Source: Octopus sinensis
Lineage: Eukaryota
Direction: 5' to 3'
DNA length: 64,000 bases
NCBI RefSeq assembly: GCF_006345805.1
Contig: NC_043005.1
Coordinates: forward strand, 50,220,001 to 50,284,000
The number at the start of each line of letters is the position of its first letter. Position 1 is the stretch's first letter. The position numbers and the translations under genes were made by a program. The notes under the pieces were generated by a model. It saw only the letters and a program-made list of their open reading frames with translations. It was not told the DNA's origin and did not search any database. Shown one piece after another: positions 1-12,820 of the stretch.

Positions 1-907
1 CTGTGATGAGACCTCAGATGACACCAAAAAGGCATTGACAAACAACTGATAGATACTTTAACGACTGAGTGATCGATTAGTTGGTTGGTTAAGTAACTAT
101 CTAGTTGACTAATAATAAAGAAGTGAAATCAAATTGGTGCATGTGTTTATTATTGGTGTAATAACCCTCCCAAAATACAACAAAATTTGTTTCAATACAT
201 GAGTCCACATCATGAATCTGGCAAGCCGATTTTGACTAAAAAAACGAAATAACTATGCAAAGGTTCAGAAAAAATATTTTGATGCCAGACATGTAAAGGA
301 AAAGGATGTTTTTGATCATTACTCTACAACAAAGTGCACTTCCACAATGGGTCTGAAATGCACAGTTTGCTAGATGTTTATTGGACAGAGAGGGACCAAT
401 TTTTTGTGACCCGAAACTCTCTTGGATTTCTTTTGTGGAACTATCATCAGAACTGTAATCACAGATATTGGCTATTTGATGCAAAGAATCAGTGAAGTGA
501 TGAAAATTCAAACCACAGCGTTCTTGAATTCAGTTTTTGAAAAAAGACAGAAAATAAAATAATATCGGTTATGGATTGAGAATAGTGGCGGACATTTTGA
601 ATACTTTATTAAATAAAGTAGCATTTACTGTTGTTTTTTTTTAATTAAAAAAATATGTATTCTCCTTGCTGCCTTCATTCCTACTTGCATTAAGCAATAT
701 TAAAATGCGAAAGAGATTTTTAAAAGACTCTTGTGAGTCTGTCTATTGACTGTCTGCCTCTCTCTCTCACTCTCGATATATATATATATATGTGTGTACG
801 TGTGTGTATGTATACATACACATATATATACGCATATGTACACATATATAGGCAATCTGATGAGAGTTAAAAGAATTATATATGGTTATATATATGATAA
901 TATATAT

Positions 908-959
<52 letters not shown>

Positions 960-1094
960 CTGTTTGTTGTTTATCCAGTTGGAATTTACAAAAAGAAAAC
1001 AAAAAAACAAAAGATGAAGACGGGTGTGTAAACAACAAACAGATGTATTAATTCAACACTCGGCAAGTGTTTTTTATACACCTGTCATCGTCTT

Positions 1095-1151
<57 letters not shown>

Positions 1152-1250
1152 GTATATATATATATAATGTATATATATAGATATGTATGTATCTATATCT
1201 ATCTATATATATATGTATGTATACATATAATATTTATATCTATATCTATC

Positions 1251-1286
<36 letters not shown>

Positions 1287-1796
1287 ATATATATAATATA
1301 TATTATATATATAAACACATGTATATACATGCATGCATACAACTATGCATGCAGATATGCACGCACACACACACACACACACATACACACACATGCACAT
1401 GCATACAATTACACTCATTCACCGCAAGAAAGCAAACAAGATCATAAGCAATCTACTTTGATTACGCTGCTAATAAAAATTGATGCACATCAGAATATAA
1501 ATGTGCATGCATGCAAAATTGCACTTCACACTTTCCACACTTCACACTGATTACTTAGGTGCAGGTGCTCAGTACTATATCCGCATTGATGTATTCGAAG
1601 AAAATTGCAAGCTGGAGGTTTTGCTGAAATGATACTCTTAAATTTTTTTCTCAAATAAAATCCTGGAAAGTTAAAAGTGAGTGAGTGAATCTTGAGTGTT
1701 TGTGTGGATTCCTGGATTTGCGTTGCACCAATTACTGTTCATACGATCTCTCCACCCACTCCCCTCTCTTTCTGTATCTATGTATATATGTGTGCG

Positions 1797-2045
1797 TGTC
1801 ATCATCATCATCATCATCATCATTTATCGTCCGCTTTCCATGCTAGCATGGGTTGGACGGTTCAACTGGGGTCTGTGAAGCCAGAAGGCTGCATCAGGCC
1901 CAGTCAGATCTGGCAGTGTTTCTACGGCTAGATGCCCTTCCTAACGCCAACCACTCCGTGAGTTTAGTGGGTGCTTTTTACGTGCCACCCGCACAGGTGC
2001 CAGACAGAGCTGGCAAACAGCCACGGATGGATGGTGCTTTTTACG

Positions 2046-2077
<32 letters not shown>

Positions 2078-2140
2078 CATCATCATCATCATCATCGTTT
2101 AGCATCCGCTTTCCATGCTAGCATGGGTTGGGCGGTTCAG
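1797..2140 (-). mobile_element. SINE/LINE-tail family D with (ATG)n tail, plus a second truncated tail
   Basis: Minus strand ggttggcgttaggaagggcatc..ccatgctagcatggaaagcgga..gatgatgatg; the tail is repeated at 2077-2140. Confidence 0.7.
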
Positions 2141-2530
2141 CTGACTCTTTCGCCACAACTTTCCCTCACTCTTTCCTCCTGCATCTTGCAGCTCACCTGT
2201 GACGGACCGGTGGGGAATCTATACGCCAAGGAGACCGGGGAAACCGGCCCTATGAGCCAGGCATGGCTTGAGAAGTAACAAACAAGGGTTCACAAAACAT
2301 TAGGAACGGTATAGGACAATACAATGAGGGGTCCTATAAAAAAAAGCATGCAAAAAATAAAAACAATAGCAAAATAAAATATTTGTTTTGGTCTCAGAGA
2401 TGGACGATCCGATCCCGTGTCACCTCTACCTAAATATACCCGCTTTACTTGTTCTCTCGCCACCCCTTGCTGTGTCTGCTCTTTTCAAAAGGCCCTATAC
2501 AAATCACTTGTTCAATCTGCCTTCTATACT

Positions 2531-2931
2531 CTTTTACTTGTTTCAGTCATTTGACTGCGGCCATGCTGGAGCACCGCCTTTAGTCTAGCAAATCAACCCC
2601 GGGACTTATTCTTTGTAAGCCCAGTACTTATTCTATCGGTCTCTTTTTTGCCGAACCGCTAAGTGACGGGGATGTAAACACACCAGCATCGGTTGTCAAG
2701 CAATGCTAGGGGGACAAACACAGACACACAAACACACACACACACACACATATATATATACATATATACGACAGGCTTCTTTCAGTTTCCGTCTACCAAA
2801 TCCACTCACAAGGCATTGGTCCGCCCGGGGCTATAGCAGAAGACACTTGCCCAAGATGCCACGCAGTAGGACTGAACCCGGAACCTTGTGGTTGGTTAGC
2901 AAGCTACTTACCACACAGCCACTCCTGCGCC
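2531..2931 (-). mobile_element. tRNA-derived SINE, family A (full length)
   Basis: Head ggcgcaggagtggctgtgtggtaag..ggttccgggttcagtcc (A/B-box-like), internal microsatellite, tail ..gcagtcaaatgactgaaacaagtaaaag; about 10 copies in the window. Confidence 0.85.
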
Positions 2932-3021
2932 TATCTCTCGCATTTTTTTTTCTTGCACGCAGTAGCATACTCACACACACACAGACACACACAAAGTCGC
3001 ACATACACATACTTACACGCA

Positions 3022-3740
3022 GTACTACTTAAGAACAGTGGTCCTGGTGCGCGCACTCTCATGCTCGCGCATCCGCGCTAGCTAGTCATGACTAGTCGAT
3101 CCTTACTTTGTGCTTTTGCATTTTATTTACTTTGTTTAACGAAAATTATTTATTTTGTGTAAAAAGATTATGGATCTTTTCGGTTTGAACGGCAGTTTTT
3201 TCTAGCGGTGTCATATGAAATTGTCACCCATAATTATGACCCTAATATCGATCTATTGCATTTCAATCTGTTTTAGGGTTAGGGTTAGTTTGGGTTTGTT
3301 AGGGTTAGAGGTGGGGGGAAGTGTATCTTTTTTTTTTTTTTCACAAATGTAAATAAACCCAATCTGCTTCTTAAACGAGGGACATATTCATACGGCACAG
3401 AACGTTGTTTACCTCAATAGACGTCATTGATTGGTTGAAATTGCAGAAATTGAAGAAAAACAACAACAAATGTTTTACAAACTATAGAATTTTCTCAATA
3501 AAGCCAAGAGAAAAAGATGTTTTATACCAGTCAGTATACGAAGTTTAAAAAGTGTTTAGTTACGTGGAAATTATTAAAAAAAAACTGCCGTTCAAACTGA
3601 AAAGGTCCAAAATGATTTATTTTGTGTTTCATTTACTTTGCTAGGTAGTCGTTGTAGGTTCGACTAGTCACGACGATGAGCTAGCGCGGATGCGCGAGTA
3701 CGCGAGTGCGCGCACCGGGACCGCTGTTCTTAAGTAGTAC
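3022..3740. mobile_element. Foldback element with a nested MITE (3171-3609) carrying TTAGGG repeats
   Basis: Outer ~75-bp arms GTACTACTTAAGAACAGTGGTCCTGGTGCGCGCACTC.. / ..GAGTGCGCGCACCGGGACCGCTGTTCTTAAGTAGTAC; inner TIR GGATCTTTTCGGTTTGAACGGCAG / CTGCCGTTCAAACTGAAAAGGTCC. Confidence 0.8.
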
Positions 3741-4238
3741 CCATACACGCACATATGCATACACACGCACATATGCGTATACACGCACATATGCATACAC
3801 ACGCACATATGCACGTACACGCATACAGTGTCTCTTTTTCTAAATGGCCAAACGCATGCGCAAAACGTAAGCGCGCATGCAGCAGCATGCAGCAGAACGC
3901 ACGTCATCTGAGCGATGATGAAAAGTAGATCACGTGAAACTCATTTGCCTTGCATGTTACTTTCTATGCTATTGTTGGTTTTATTGTAGTTAGTAATGTT
4001 GTTGTTATTCTTGTTGTTGCAGTTGTCTTTAATAGTTATTTATTTTTTTTGTTTCCTTTTTCTTCTACTTTCATAATGTTCGTTGTGTTCTAAGTTGGAG
4101 GAGTAAGAGAAGACAGCCTCTCGATCACACATAATCGAGAGAGAGAGAGAGATGGGGATGGTGATGATGATGATGAGGATGATGTTCGTTTTTGAGGACG
4201 AGCGGATATGCATACATATACGTATATTCATACGTGCA

Positions 4239-4307
<69 letters not shown>

Positions 4308-4497
4308 GTCTGTCTGTCTGTCTGTCTGTCTGTATATGCATGTATACGATTACTCACTCACATACGTGAGTATATGAAAGATCGATCGATTGATCGACAG
4401 ACAGACAGACAGACTGATAGACAGACAGATAGACAGGACAGGCAGATAGACAGATAGGTGGACAGACAGACAGACAGTCAGATAGAAAGATAGATAA

Positions 4498-4573
<76 letters not shown>

Positions 4574-4703
4574 TCAGACAGAGACAGACAGACAGGTAGA
4601 TAGATAGGCAGACAGATCGACAGACAGATAGTCAGATAAAGGAATATATAGAAAGATTGATAGAAAAATTGACAGTCCGACAAACATAAAGACAGATAGA
4701 TAA

Positions 4704-4739
<36 letters not shown>

Positions 4740-5319
4740 ATGAAGTGAAAGGGCGATAGCAATATTGATAAAAGTGTATAATTGAGAAGAAAAAGAGAAC
4801 AAAAGGAAGAAAGAAAGCAAAAAAAAAAAAAAAATCAAAACGTTGATAAGCTTTAATGTTTAGGAATGCATTCCTATTTTGGTATATAGCAATATGGAAC
4901 CGACACCCACGCACTCTTACATATATACTCATATATACGTCCTTGTCATTTCGAATTATGGATGCACAAAACGCACAGACAGGAGTCGGCGCAGGAGCCT
5001 CTATGCAGACATTCAACCTGCAGAAATAGCAACGAAATCACCGGCAAAATATATTATTGCGTCTTAGATAAGTAAAAATAGGAAAGACACATTAGATTAT
5101 GTAATCCCAAGGTACACACCTCCTATTGACAGGAGAGCCATGGCTGGGATACACTGAAACAGAGTTGACCTGTGACAAAAACTAGCTTGACATACATGGT
5201 GCGTGTATAGTGTATACATATGTATATCAGCGTAGATTTCCACATGTAACTATGTATATAGTATACATATGACATAAGCGAGCTTATGTTGATTCACGTG
5301 GGTATACACACATAAATGT

Positions 5320-5352
<33 letters not shown>

Positions 5353-5539
5353 GATTTTTTTCTTTTTCCTCTTATTTTATTTCCCTCCCTTTTTTTTTTT
5401 TTTGCTTTCCTCTTTCTTTCTTTTTACGATCCCTCTTGATCGAAAACCAAAACCCCTCTTTTTTTATCCCCAAAAGAAAAGCTCTACCTTGTAATTTGTC
5501 CCGTATTTGTGCAGCCCTGTGTGGCTAATAAAGAAACAC

Positions 5540-5768
5540 ATCCATCCATCCATCCGTCCGTCCGTCCGTCCGTCCGTCCGTCCGTCCGACCGTCCGTCCG
5601 TCCGTCCGTCCATCCGTCCGTCCGTCCGTCCGTCCATCCATCCATCCATCCATCCATCCGTCCGTCCATCCATCCATCCGTCCGTCCGTCCGTCCGTCCG
5701 TCCATCCATCCATCCATCCGTCCGTCCATCCATCCGTCCATCCGTCCGTCCATCCGTCCGTCCGTCCG
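5540..5768. repeat. (TCCG)n/(TCCA)n CpG-rich microsatellite
   Basis: Direct reading. Confidence 0.97.
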
Positions 5769-6242
5769 TGTATATGTATATGCGTATGTAATTTTGTATG
5801 TAGTCAGGTATGGCATGCATCGTGCGTGCAGTCACATTTGCATCTCTCTCTCTCTCTCCCTCTTTCTCCTTCCACCTTCCTCTCACAATATATTCACATA
5901 AACAAGCGGAAGTTTATCTAGGTATATTGACACAGCACTCACGTTTATGTGTGTGTGCGAATATAAACATATACACATACAAGCATACTTATATGCATAC
6001 ACACGCGCGCTCGCTCGTACAAAGTTATATGCACACTTGCATGTATGCACATACACATAAAAAAATATATATATACAGCTCCTTGATACAATTATATATT
6101 TATATATATAATTTTGCATGTTACAGTTATAATCCAGTGCTTGTATATAGGTATCTATGCATTTATGTGAAACAAGGTGGAAAAAAGAGTACTCAAATAC
6201 CAGAGGTAGAGTAATATGTTTTATTTAAAAGCAGCAGAAATA

Positions 6243-6297
6243 TAACAAAAGCTGTTACTCAGAGTTTCACGTTCCCGTTCGTCGGACAGTTTTGTTA
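6243..6297 (-). ncRNA. Type I hammerhead-ribozyme-like motif, short stem III (family H1, copy 1)
   Basis: Minus strand UAACAAAA-CUGU-CCGACGA-ACG(GGAA)CGU-GAA-ACUC(U)GAGU-A-ACAG-C-UUUUGUUA: core C3-A9 with U4C, 3-bp stem II with GNRA loop, GAAA, GUA triplet, stem I 4+8 bp. Confidence 0.7.
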
Positions 6298-6336
6298 AAT
6301 AAAGTAAATATATATATATATATATATATATATACA

Positions 6337-6390
<54 letters not shown>

Positions 6391-6911
6391 CAAAACGGTT
6401 GCTTGACCGCATACCGAAAAATAGAAATGGCAGTCAAGAATGCTTATTTCTATCAAAGTTGGACTCCGGGCATGACAGACCCTGTAATTCACATATGCAA
6501 AACAGAAGGAATAGATAACGAATACGAAGTCTGGCGGTTATCTGTGAACATCATGTTTCTGGATTATAAACATATTGAATATATATTCCATATATATTTT
6601 TGATATATATTTCATATACATTGCATATATATTTCACATCCTTCTTCAGCACAGCTTTCCATTGAAAAAGATTTATCATAGATTTATCAAATGCTACGTA
6701 CCTCAAACCTTCTGACCATGCGACATCAAAATATTTGAAGAAAGTGAGCAGAAGTTAAACCTACATAGGTTATATATACAATATATATACTGAACTTTAC
6801 AGAAGTTCCTGCCGGTAATCGGCTATATTTACATACCGAATTCTACCAGTAAATAATTGGGGTTTTTTTAAAAGCCTTTATAGAAATTATTTACTCTTAT
6901 TATATATATAT

Positions 6912-6956
<45 letters not shown>

Positions 6957-7434
6957 TATATATATATATATATATATACATACATACATAAATGCACAAA
7001 TACCTATATACAAGCGCTGAATTATAACTGTAACATGCGAACATATTGTTGTAGTAGTTGCTGGTAGCGTCTTGATTTATATTTGTCAAATAGAGAGAAG
7101 CTATGTACGACTCGTTTGTTTCTTCCGCTTTCTGCTTTTCTAGCTCTGCGTCTGTCATCCTTTCTATCAGTTTGTTTGTCTTGCAGTTATGTCTGTTATG
7201 CGGTCATTGACTGTCTTACGTTATCTGTCTAACCGTTAGACTATCCGCATATCAGTGTTCTTGCCTGGCACATAGTCGAGTACACCGTCAAGCAGTCGGT
7301 CTCTCTAGCTGTCAGTCTGTCCATCTGCCTATCTAGCTATTAGTTTGTCTATGAAGCTGCTAGTCTACCAGTCTTGTACTCTATCTAACTGACTTTTGTC
7401 AGTGTCTAATGTCTAGCTGTCAGTCAATTTCGTA

Positions 7435-7592
7435 CGGTCATGGGCAAACCGCGGCCTGCGAGCCGCATGCCGCACGTGGGACTTAACGAATGGCATGCCT
7501 AATGAAAAATTACCTTGAATTGTTTTAGCAGTGCGGCCCGCTTGATGATGAGTCATCTCTTATGCGGTCTTGTTCTCGAATGTCCATACCTG
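7435..7592. mobile_element. Degenerate hAT-type MITE
   Basis: catgggcaa...tgtccatacctg termini and gcggcc(c)gc internal motifs, as at 14612. Confidence 0.4.
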
Positions 7593-8281
7593 ATCTAGCA
7601 GTTTGTGTAGTTAACTGTTAGTCTGTCTAGCTGTCAAGCTATATATATCCGTAAGCCTAGCTGTCAAGCAATATATCTGTCTGTCTGCTGTCTACTTGTC
7701 AAGACATTTTTATCTGCGTACATATTTTCTATCTAGAGGTACATCTATCTAATACACCTAGTCTGTTTTGCTGTAAATCTTTGTACTTAGTCGTCAGCCA
7801 GTCTATGTAGCCGTCTGTCTGTCTATCCAGCTGTCACTCTACTGTCTATCTGGATGTCTAGTAGTCTATCCAGCTCTTAGTGCCTGTTTATTCTACCAAT
7901 ATTCCTTCTTAAAAGTCTTGCCAGCTGATTGCCTAACTGTCAATCTGCCTGTCAAGCTCTCTACCTTGCCTATCAGCAATCAGTGTGCCTGTCTTGGACG
8001 TCCTTCTATCTGTCTATCAAGTAGTCAGTCTAACTTGTATGGTAGTAAGTCTGTTTGACATCCAAACACTATGAGGATGACAGTGTATTCACCAAAGGCA
8101 CAATGACAGCTAGACGTAGACTGACTGATAGCTAGTTGGACAATGTACAGGACAGGCAAAATCTAGCAGCTAGATAGACAGACAGGCAGCTTTACAAGAA
8201 GACGGCTAGAGATACTGACTATTAGACAAAGGCACAGAGCCGAGTAATCGGCTCATTCAGTAATTACTTCTTTTGTTTAGA

Positions 8282-8646
8282 GCGCAGCTGTGGTTGTGTG
8301 GTAAGAAGTTTGCTTCCCAACCATGTGGTTCCTGGTTCACTCTCACTGCATGGTACTTTGGGCAGGTGACGTCTAAGCCTCGAGCAGATCAATAACCTGT
8401 GAGTAGATTTGGTAGCAAGGAAACTGAAAGAAGCTCGTCGTGTGTGTATATGTGTGTGTGTCTTTGTGTTAGTGTTTGTCTTCCACCACTGCGCGAGAAC
8501 CATAACTTAGCGATTCGGAATAAGAGACCGACAGAATGCCAGGCTTAAGAAGAGAGAGAGAAAAAATGAGTCGATTCGTTTGACTAAAATCCTTGAAGTC
8601 GGGTGCCCCAGCATGGCCGCACTCCAGTGATTGAAACAAGTGAAAG
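8282..8646 (+). mobile_element. SINE family A
   Basis: Diverged full-length copy. Confidence 0.8.
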
Positions 8647-9712
8647 ATATGATCTGAAATAATTACGGGTACTTACGTGCAAAATATAAGTCACGTAAAA
8701 ATTACGTAACATTTGTAAACAAGTAATTGAACAGTTGGAAAGCTTTCGTTAACGACGTTATTAATTACCAATATAAAAAAAAATCTACTTCTGATTCGTC
8801 AGGGTAGCTTTGTAATTATGACAACTGAACAGGTCCAATTTATAAAGAACCAAATAATGGTCTCTGATAAAAAATAAGGGTGGGGGATAAAAATTTTGAG
8901 GGAAATACGTTAGTCGATGCCATCCATTCTGTACTTAACCGGTTCTTATTTTATCGGCCGCGAAAAGATGAAAAGCAAAGCTGGCTTCAGAGGTATTCGA
9001 CGCTCTTATAATTCGGCCAACCCATCGTCTAACAACAATTATAGTGATGGTTTCAAATTTCGATTGGAGGGAGACGGAAATACACTGAAGTTAGTGCCGC
9101 CTGTGGAAATAGCAACCGCGTAAATGGGGGGAGCGGTGATATGTGGGACAGTGAAGATAGCAGCGAGGAGGATGAAAGTGGCGACAGTGGAGGCTATTGA
9201 AGAATGCTTGAAGACATGTGTGGAGAAGGGATTGACTCTCCAGGAGTGATGGTGGAGTTCGATGAACTGCCACCTGTAGTGGAGCTAAAAGATGTAGAAA
9301 CTTTCATGAGATATTAAAAAAGGAAAAAAAGTAAGTAAAATTGTTTTATTGAAGAAAGAACGAAAAAAAGGAAAATTGTTTCATTTAAAAAAAAAAAAAG
9401 AGGGAAAAACGAGATTAAGAAAAAAACTAAGATAATAGAACGATTGTAAATAGTTTATATAAACGTTCAAATGATACTGCATGGGAGTGGAGCCCATGTA
9501 GCCATTTCATTTTTCTTTGTTATATAACATCTCATTTTCATTCGTTTTATGTTTTTGTCCCAACTGTGGTGTTGTGTCTGTCTTTGTAGTGTGCCCTCTG
9601 TATTGTGGCCATAGTGCCAAAATAAAGAGACATTGGCGGAGGTTTGCGCTCTCTGAGTGCTCTTGATTATTTATATATCCCTTCGTTTTATTTTATTTTC
9701 TCATATATTTCT

Positions 9713-9870
9713 CCGTGTTTCTTTTCTGTGTATCTTTCTGTTGAAGAGCGTAGGCTCGAAACGTAAAAGACTTATTTTATTTATATTCCTGAGCGCCATA
9801 CTAATACAATTGTTTGTTTGTATTCCACCTGCCTTCGTCTTTTGTTTATTTTCATAAAGCTTCCCGTTAT
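9713..9870 (+). mobile_element. Penelope-like terminal-repeat-type element with degenerate hammerhead core (family H2)
   Basis: TCTTT-CTGTTGA-A-GAGC(GTAG)GCTC-GAAACGTA-AAAGA at 9733-9770; near-identical inverted copy at 46406-46560. Confidence 0.55.
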
Positions 9871-10939
9871 TTTATCAATGTTAAATAAGGAAAGCATAAT
9901 AAAATGAAGTATCTTTTTATATGTATTTCAGAAATTCTAATCAACTTTTTTATTTGCAGACCATAGCACAATCGTCTGACCAGCAGTTCTAACATATTGC
10001 AATTGCAAATCATTTTGGCATATCAATTATTTTCGTGATATCATTTTATTTAATTATTTATTTTTAATATTTGAATAAAAAAAAAAATTCGAAAAGATTT
10101 ATAAAATTAACATTTGGTGTTTTCTAATGGGAAAGTGTAATCACTAGTCTTTTATCTGCATCAGACTGTCTTGTAATAAATCAGCCTTCAATCTAGTCTA
10201 ACTGAAATGGTTCTCAAGGCTTTTAACTTCGTAGTGTACTGGAGATTTAAAATATATGACTGGAACACCGCAAATGTAAACTTGAACAAAACAACATTTT
10301 GGATAAAAAAATGTAGAAAGCCGTTAATTATTTTGTTAATTATTAGCGAAAGCAATATTAGTTTCAAATAACAACCTGTATATTCTACTTAACGTGGATA
10401 AACTGCAAGAACGCCACAATACTGCTGTAGGAAAGCATCTCTTGTAGATGCATTCCGTCGCTAATAACTCATTTTTATCCAGCCTACCAGCTATTGCGAA
10501 ACCAGTGACTGATCAATCACTGTTTTACGATATAGCAGTAGGCGCAAGGCTTGGTTAGCAGATGATAATGGATACCTGCTGCTGATGAAGCGCAAATATG
10601 CAGAAATTACCTGATCTAGCATTTCCCCCCACCGACGAGAGACAATTTTTTGCCTGTTGCTGATACGTCTGTCCTTTTTAGCACCATACGGCTATACTTA
10701 TCTTGTTTCCTTAACCCTATTTGTGTATGACAAGTATACATAAAGTGTTATAACAAAATTGCAATAAAATTATAATACGTTTTCCAAAGACATTTAAACG
10801 TTATTAACACGCTTTTGTGCAGGAGTCGAAGTCTTCTCAGGCAATATAGCAGTTCTGTAGGTGTTTCGACTTCTTCCGTCGCAACACCAGAATTGTTTGG
10901 GGCCACCCACCGTTATAGGTGACAAAACACCCGCGCACC

Positions 10940-11250
10940 CACATGATCTTTTTTGCGATTTTGAGCCAGATGTTTCTACCATCCGCAATTGGCTTTCTCA
11001 GCAGCTTCCGACAATTTTCTAGCAACATCTTTTCTCCCCTTTACGGATAGTCCAGTACTCCTGAAGGAAGGCATATTGCTTCCCATCCATTGTTTCCACA
11101 GAGTTCAACCAACCCACTGTATTTTCTCTCTTCCCGACGGAAGCGTCTTCGATGTTCACTTCCCAGGGAATTGTCAGATCTGCGATCTTTACCATCTCCC
11201 TTTTCTTGCAGACCCGCAGCACACATATGTCTTGCGGCACACCGCTTGAA
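10940..11250 (-). mobile_element. Degraded restriction-like endonuclease (PD-D/ExK) C-terminus of an R2/NeSL/HERO-type non-LTR retrotransposon
   Basis: Frameshifted translations DICVL...KIADLTIPWEVNIEDAS..KREKYSGLVELCGNNGWEAICLP and KLSEAAEKAN match the RLE motif PDIV...IELTVPWE...EA..RK..KY..L...C...GW and the downstream L..AAE.AS. Confidence 0.7.
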
Positions 11251-11374
11251 AATTATTGGTTTAATGTCTAACATTTTATGTACAACGAATAAAAATTTAT
11301 GTATAACATAAATGTTATATAGTGTATAATATCTAATACATTGATATTCACAAATATTTCATATTTTGTCAAAT

Positions 11375-11698
11375 TAACTGGCACTCTATCGGTTACGGCG
11401 ATGAGGGTTCCAGTTGATCCGATCAACGGAACAGCCTGCTGGTGAAGTTAACGTGCAAGTTGCTGAACACTCCACAGACATGCGGACCTGTAACGTAGTT
11501 CTGAGGGAGATTCAGCGTGACTCGGAATATGACAAGGCTGGCCCTTTGAAATGCAGATAATACTCGTTCTTGCCAGTTGAGTGGACTGGAGCAACGTGAA
11601 ATAAAGTGTCTTGTTCAAGGACACAACGCGCCACCGGTTATCGAACTCACGGCCTTGCGATCGTGAGCCAAATGCCCTAAACACTAAGCCATGCGCCT
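11375..11698 (-). mobile_element. SINE family B variant
   Basis: Shares the head and core ttgtgt.cttga.caagacactttatttcacgttgctccagt; further copies at 15130-15345(-), 22790-23123(-), 26627-26960(+), 37022-37290(+). Confidence 0.8.
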
Positions 11699-11782
11699 TC
11701 ACATTTTGTTAAATATTTCAAAATAAAACATTAATGTTTTTGTGACCTTTACTGAATTGTTATGCAACTCAGTTTTGTCCAG

Positions 11783-12043
11783 TGGAGGCGCGTGGCTTAG
11801 TGGTTAGGGTGTCAGCATCATGATCGTAAGATTGTGGTTTCGATTCCTGGACCGGTCGACGCGTTGTGTTCTTGAGCAAATCACTTCATTTCACGTTGCT
11901 CCAGTCCACTCAGCTGGCAAAAATGAGTAACGCTGCGATGGACTGACGTCCCGTCCAGCTGGGGAACATATACGCCATAGAAACTGGGAAACCGGGTCCA
12001 CGAGCCTGGCTAGGCTTTAAAAAAGGCGCATTTATTTTATTTA
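11783..12043 (+). mobile_element. tRNA-derived SINE, family B, with 14-bp TSD
   Basis: A-box TGGCTTAGTGG, B-box GGTTTCGATTCC, (TTTA)n tail, TSD TCAGTTTTGTCCAG at 11769-11782 and 12044-12057; near-identical copy at 37022-37290. Confidence 0.9.
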
Positions 12044-12820
12044 TCAGTTTTGTCCAGCGCTCCAGCTAAGTTGCAGCTCTTAGGTTATGTTGTTAACCGC
12101 TGTGTCAGAATATCTTAGTACTTTTAGCTATGGCGGTTTATGTCTTGAATTCAAATCCTGCTGCGGTTAACTTAGCTCTTTATCATTCTGGTGCCGTTAA
12201 AAAAAATATAGCAGCCAAGTATTAAGGATGTTCATAGAAGGCGGTCATTTTAGTAGACTTAAAACTAACAACGTAATTAAATATTGTTAATGCGGTCCCG
12301 TTCAATGTCATTCGGTACACCAGGCCAGAGTTATATAAAAATATGAAATCAGTAAAACGAAAGGCAGAATTAAGAAAAAATAAAATAAAATAAAGACATT
12401 CACAGACAACAAGTACGTAATTTATTTCAGATAACAGTGACTGTACTAGTTTCTAGCGCAAAAATATTTTAGAATATTGACTACATATACAAAAAATATA
12501 AATAAAAGGGGAGAGAAAAATGATTTATGCTTTCATACTGTAACATTTCTATTGATAATGGGTCAAATATTTTTGTCGTCTGCTGATAATGTAATAGAGT
12601 AGGAAGAGAGATAGATGGAGAGTGACTATGAATATCGAACGTAGAGCAGTTTACTTATTTCTCTCTTTTACCTCGTTATGAACCTGATGAAGGGCTATAC
12701 ACATGAAAATTGAACCAAAATAAACTTTAAAAAGTGTTTTAGAATGCTCGGAAAAAAAATCACTATTCCTGTAAACTTTACAGAAGATGAACCATTTCAA
12801 CATACGTTTACAGTGTATGT

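Noticed and set aside
236-535. Coding-like stretch at the window start (CTVC motif on plus; 91-aa ORF on minus)
   Set aside because: In-frame stops and no recognisable family; possibly an old transposon fragment.
11784-11860. tRNA-like A/B boxes here and at other SINE heads
   Set aside because: No complete cloverleaf; each continues into a shared SINE body, in some cases with TSDs.
12680-12712. CTGATGAAGGGC...GAAA hammerhead-like core
   Set aside because: No consistent stem II, stem III or NUH pairing could be built; at best a decayed relic.
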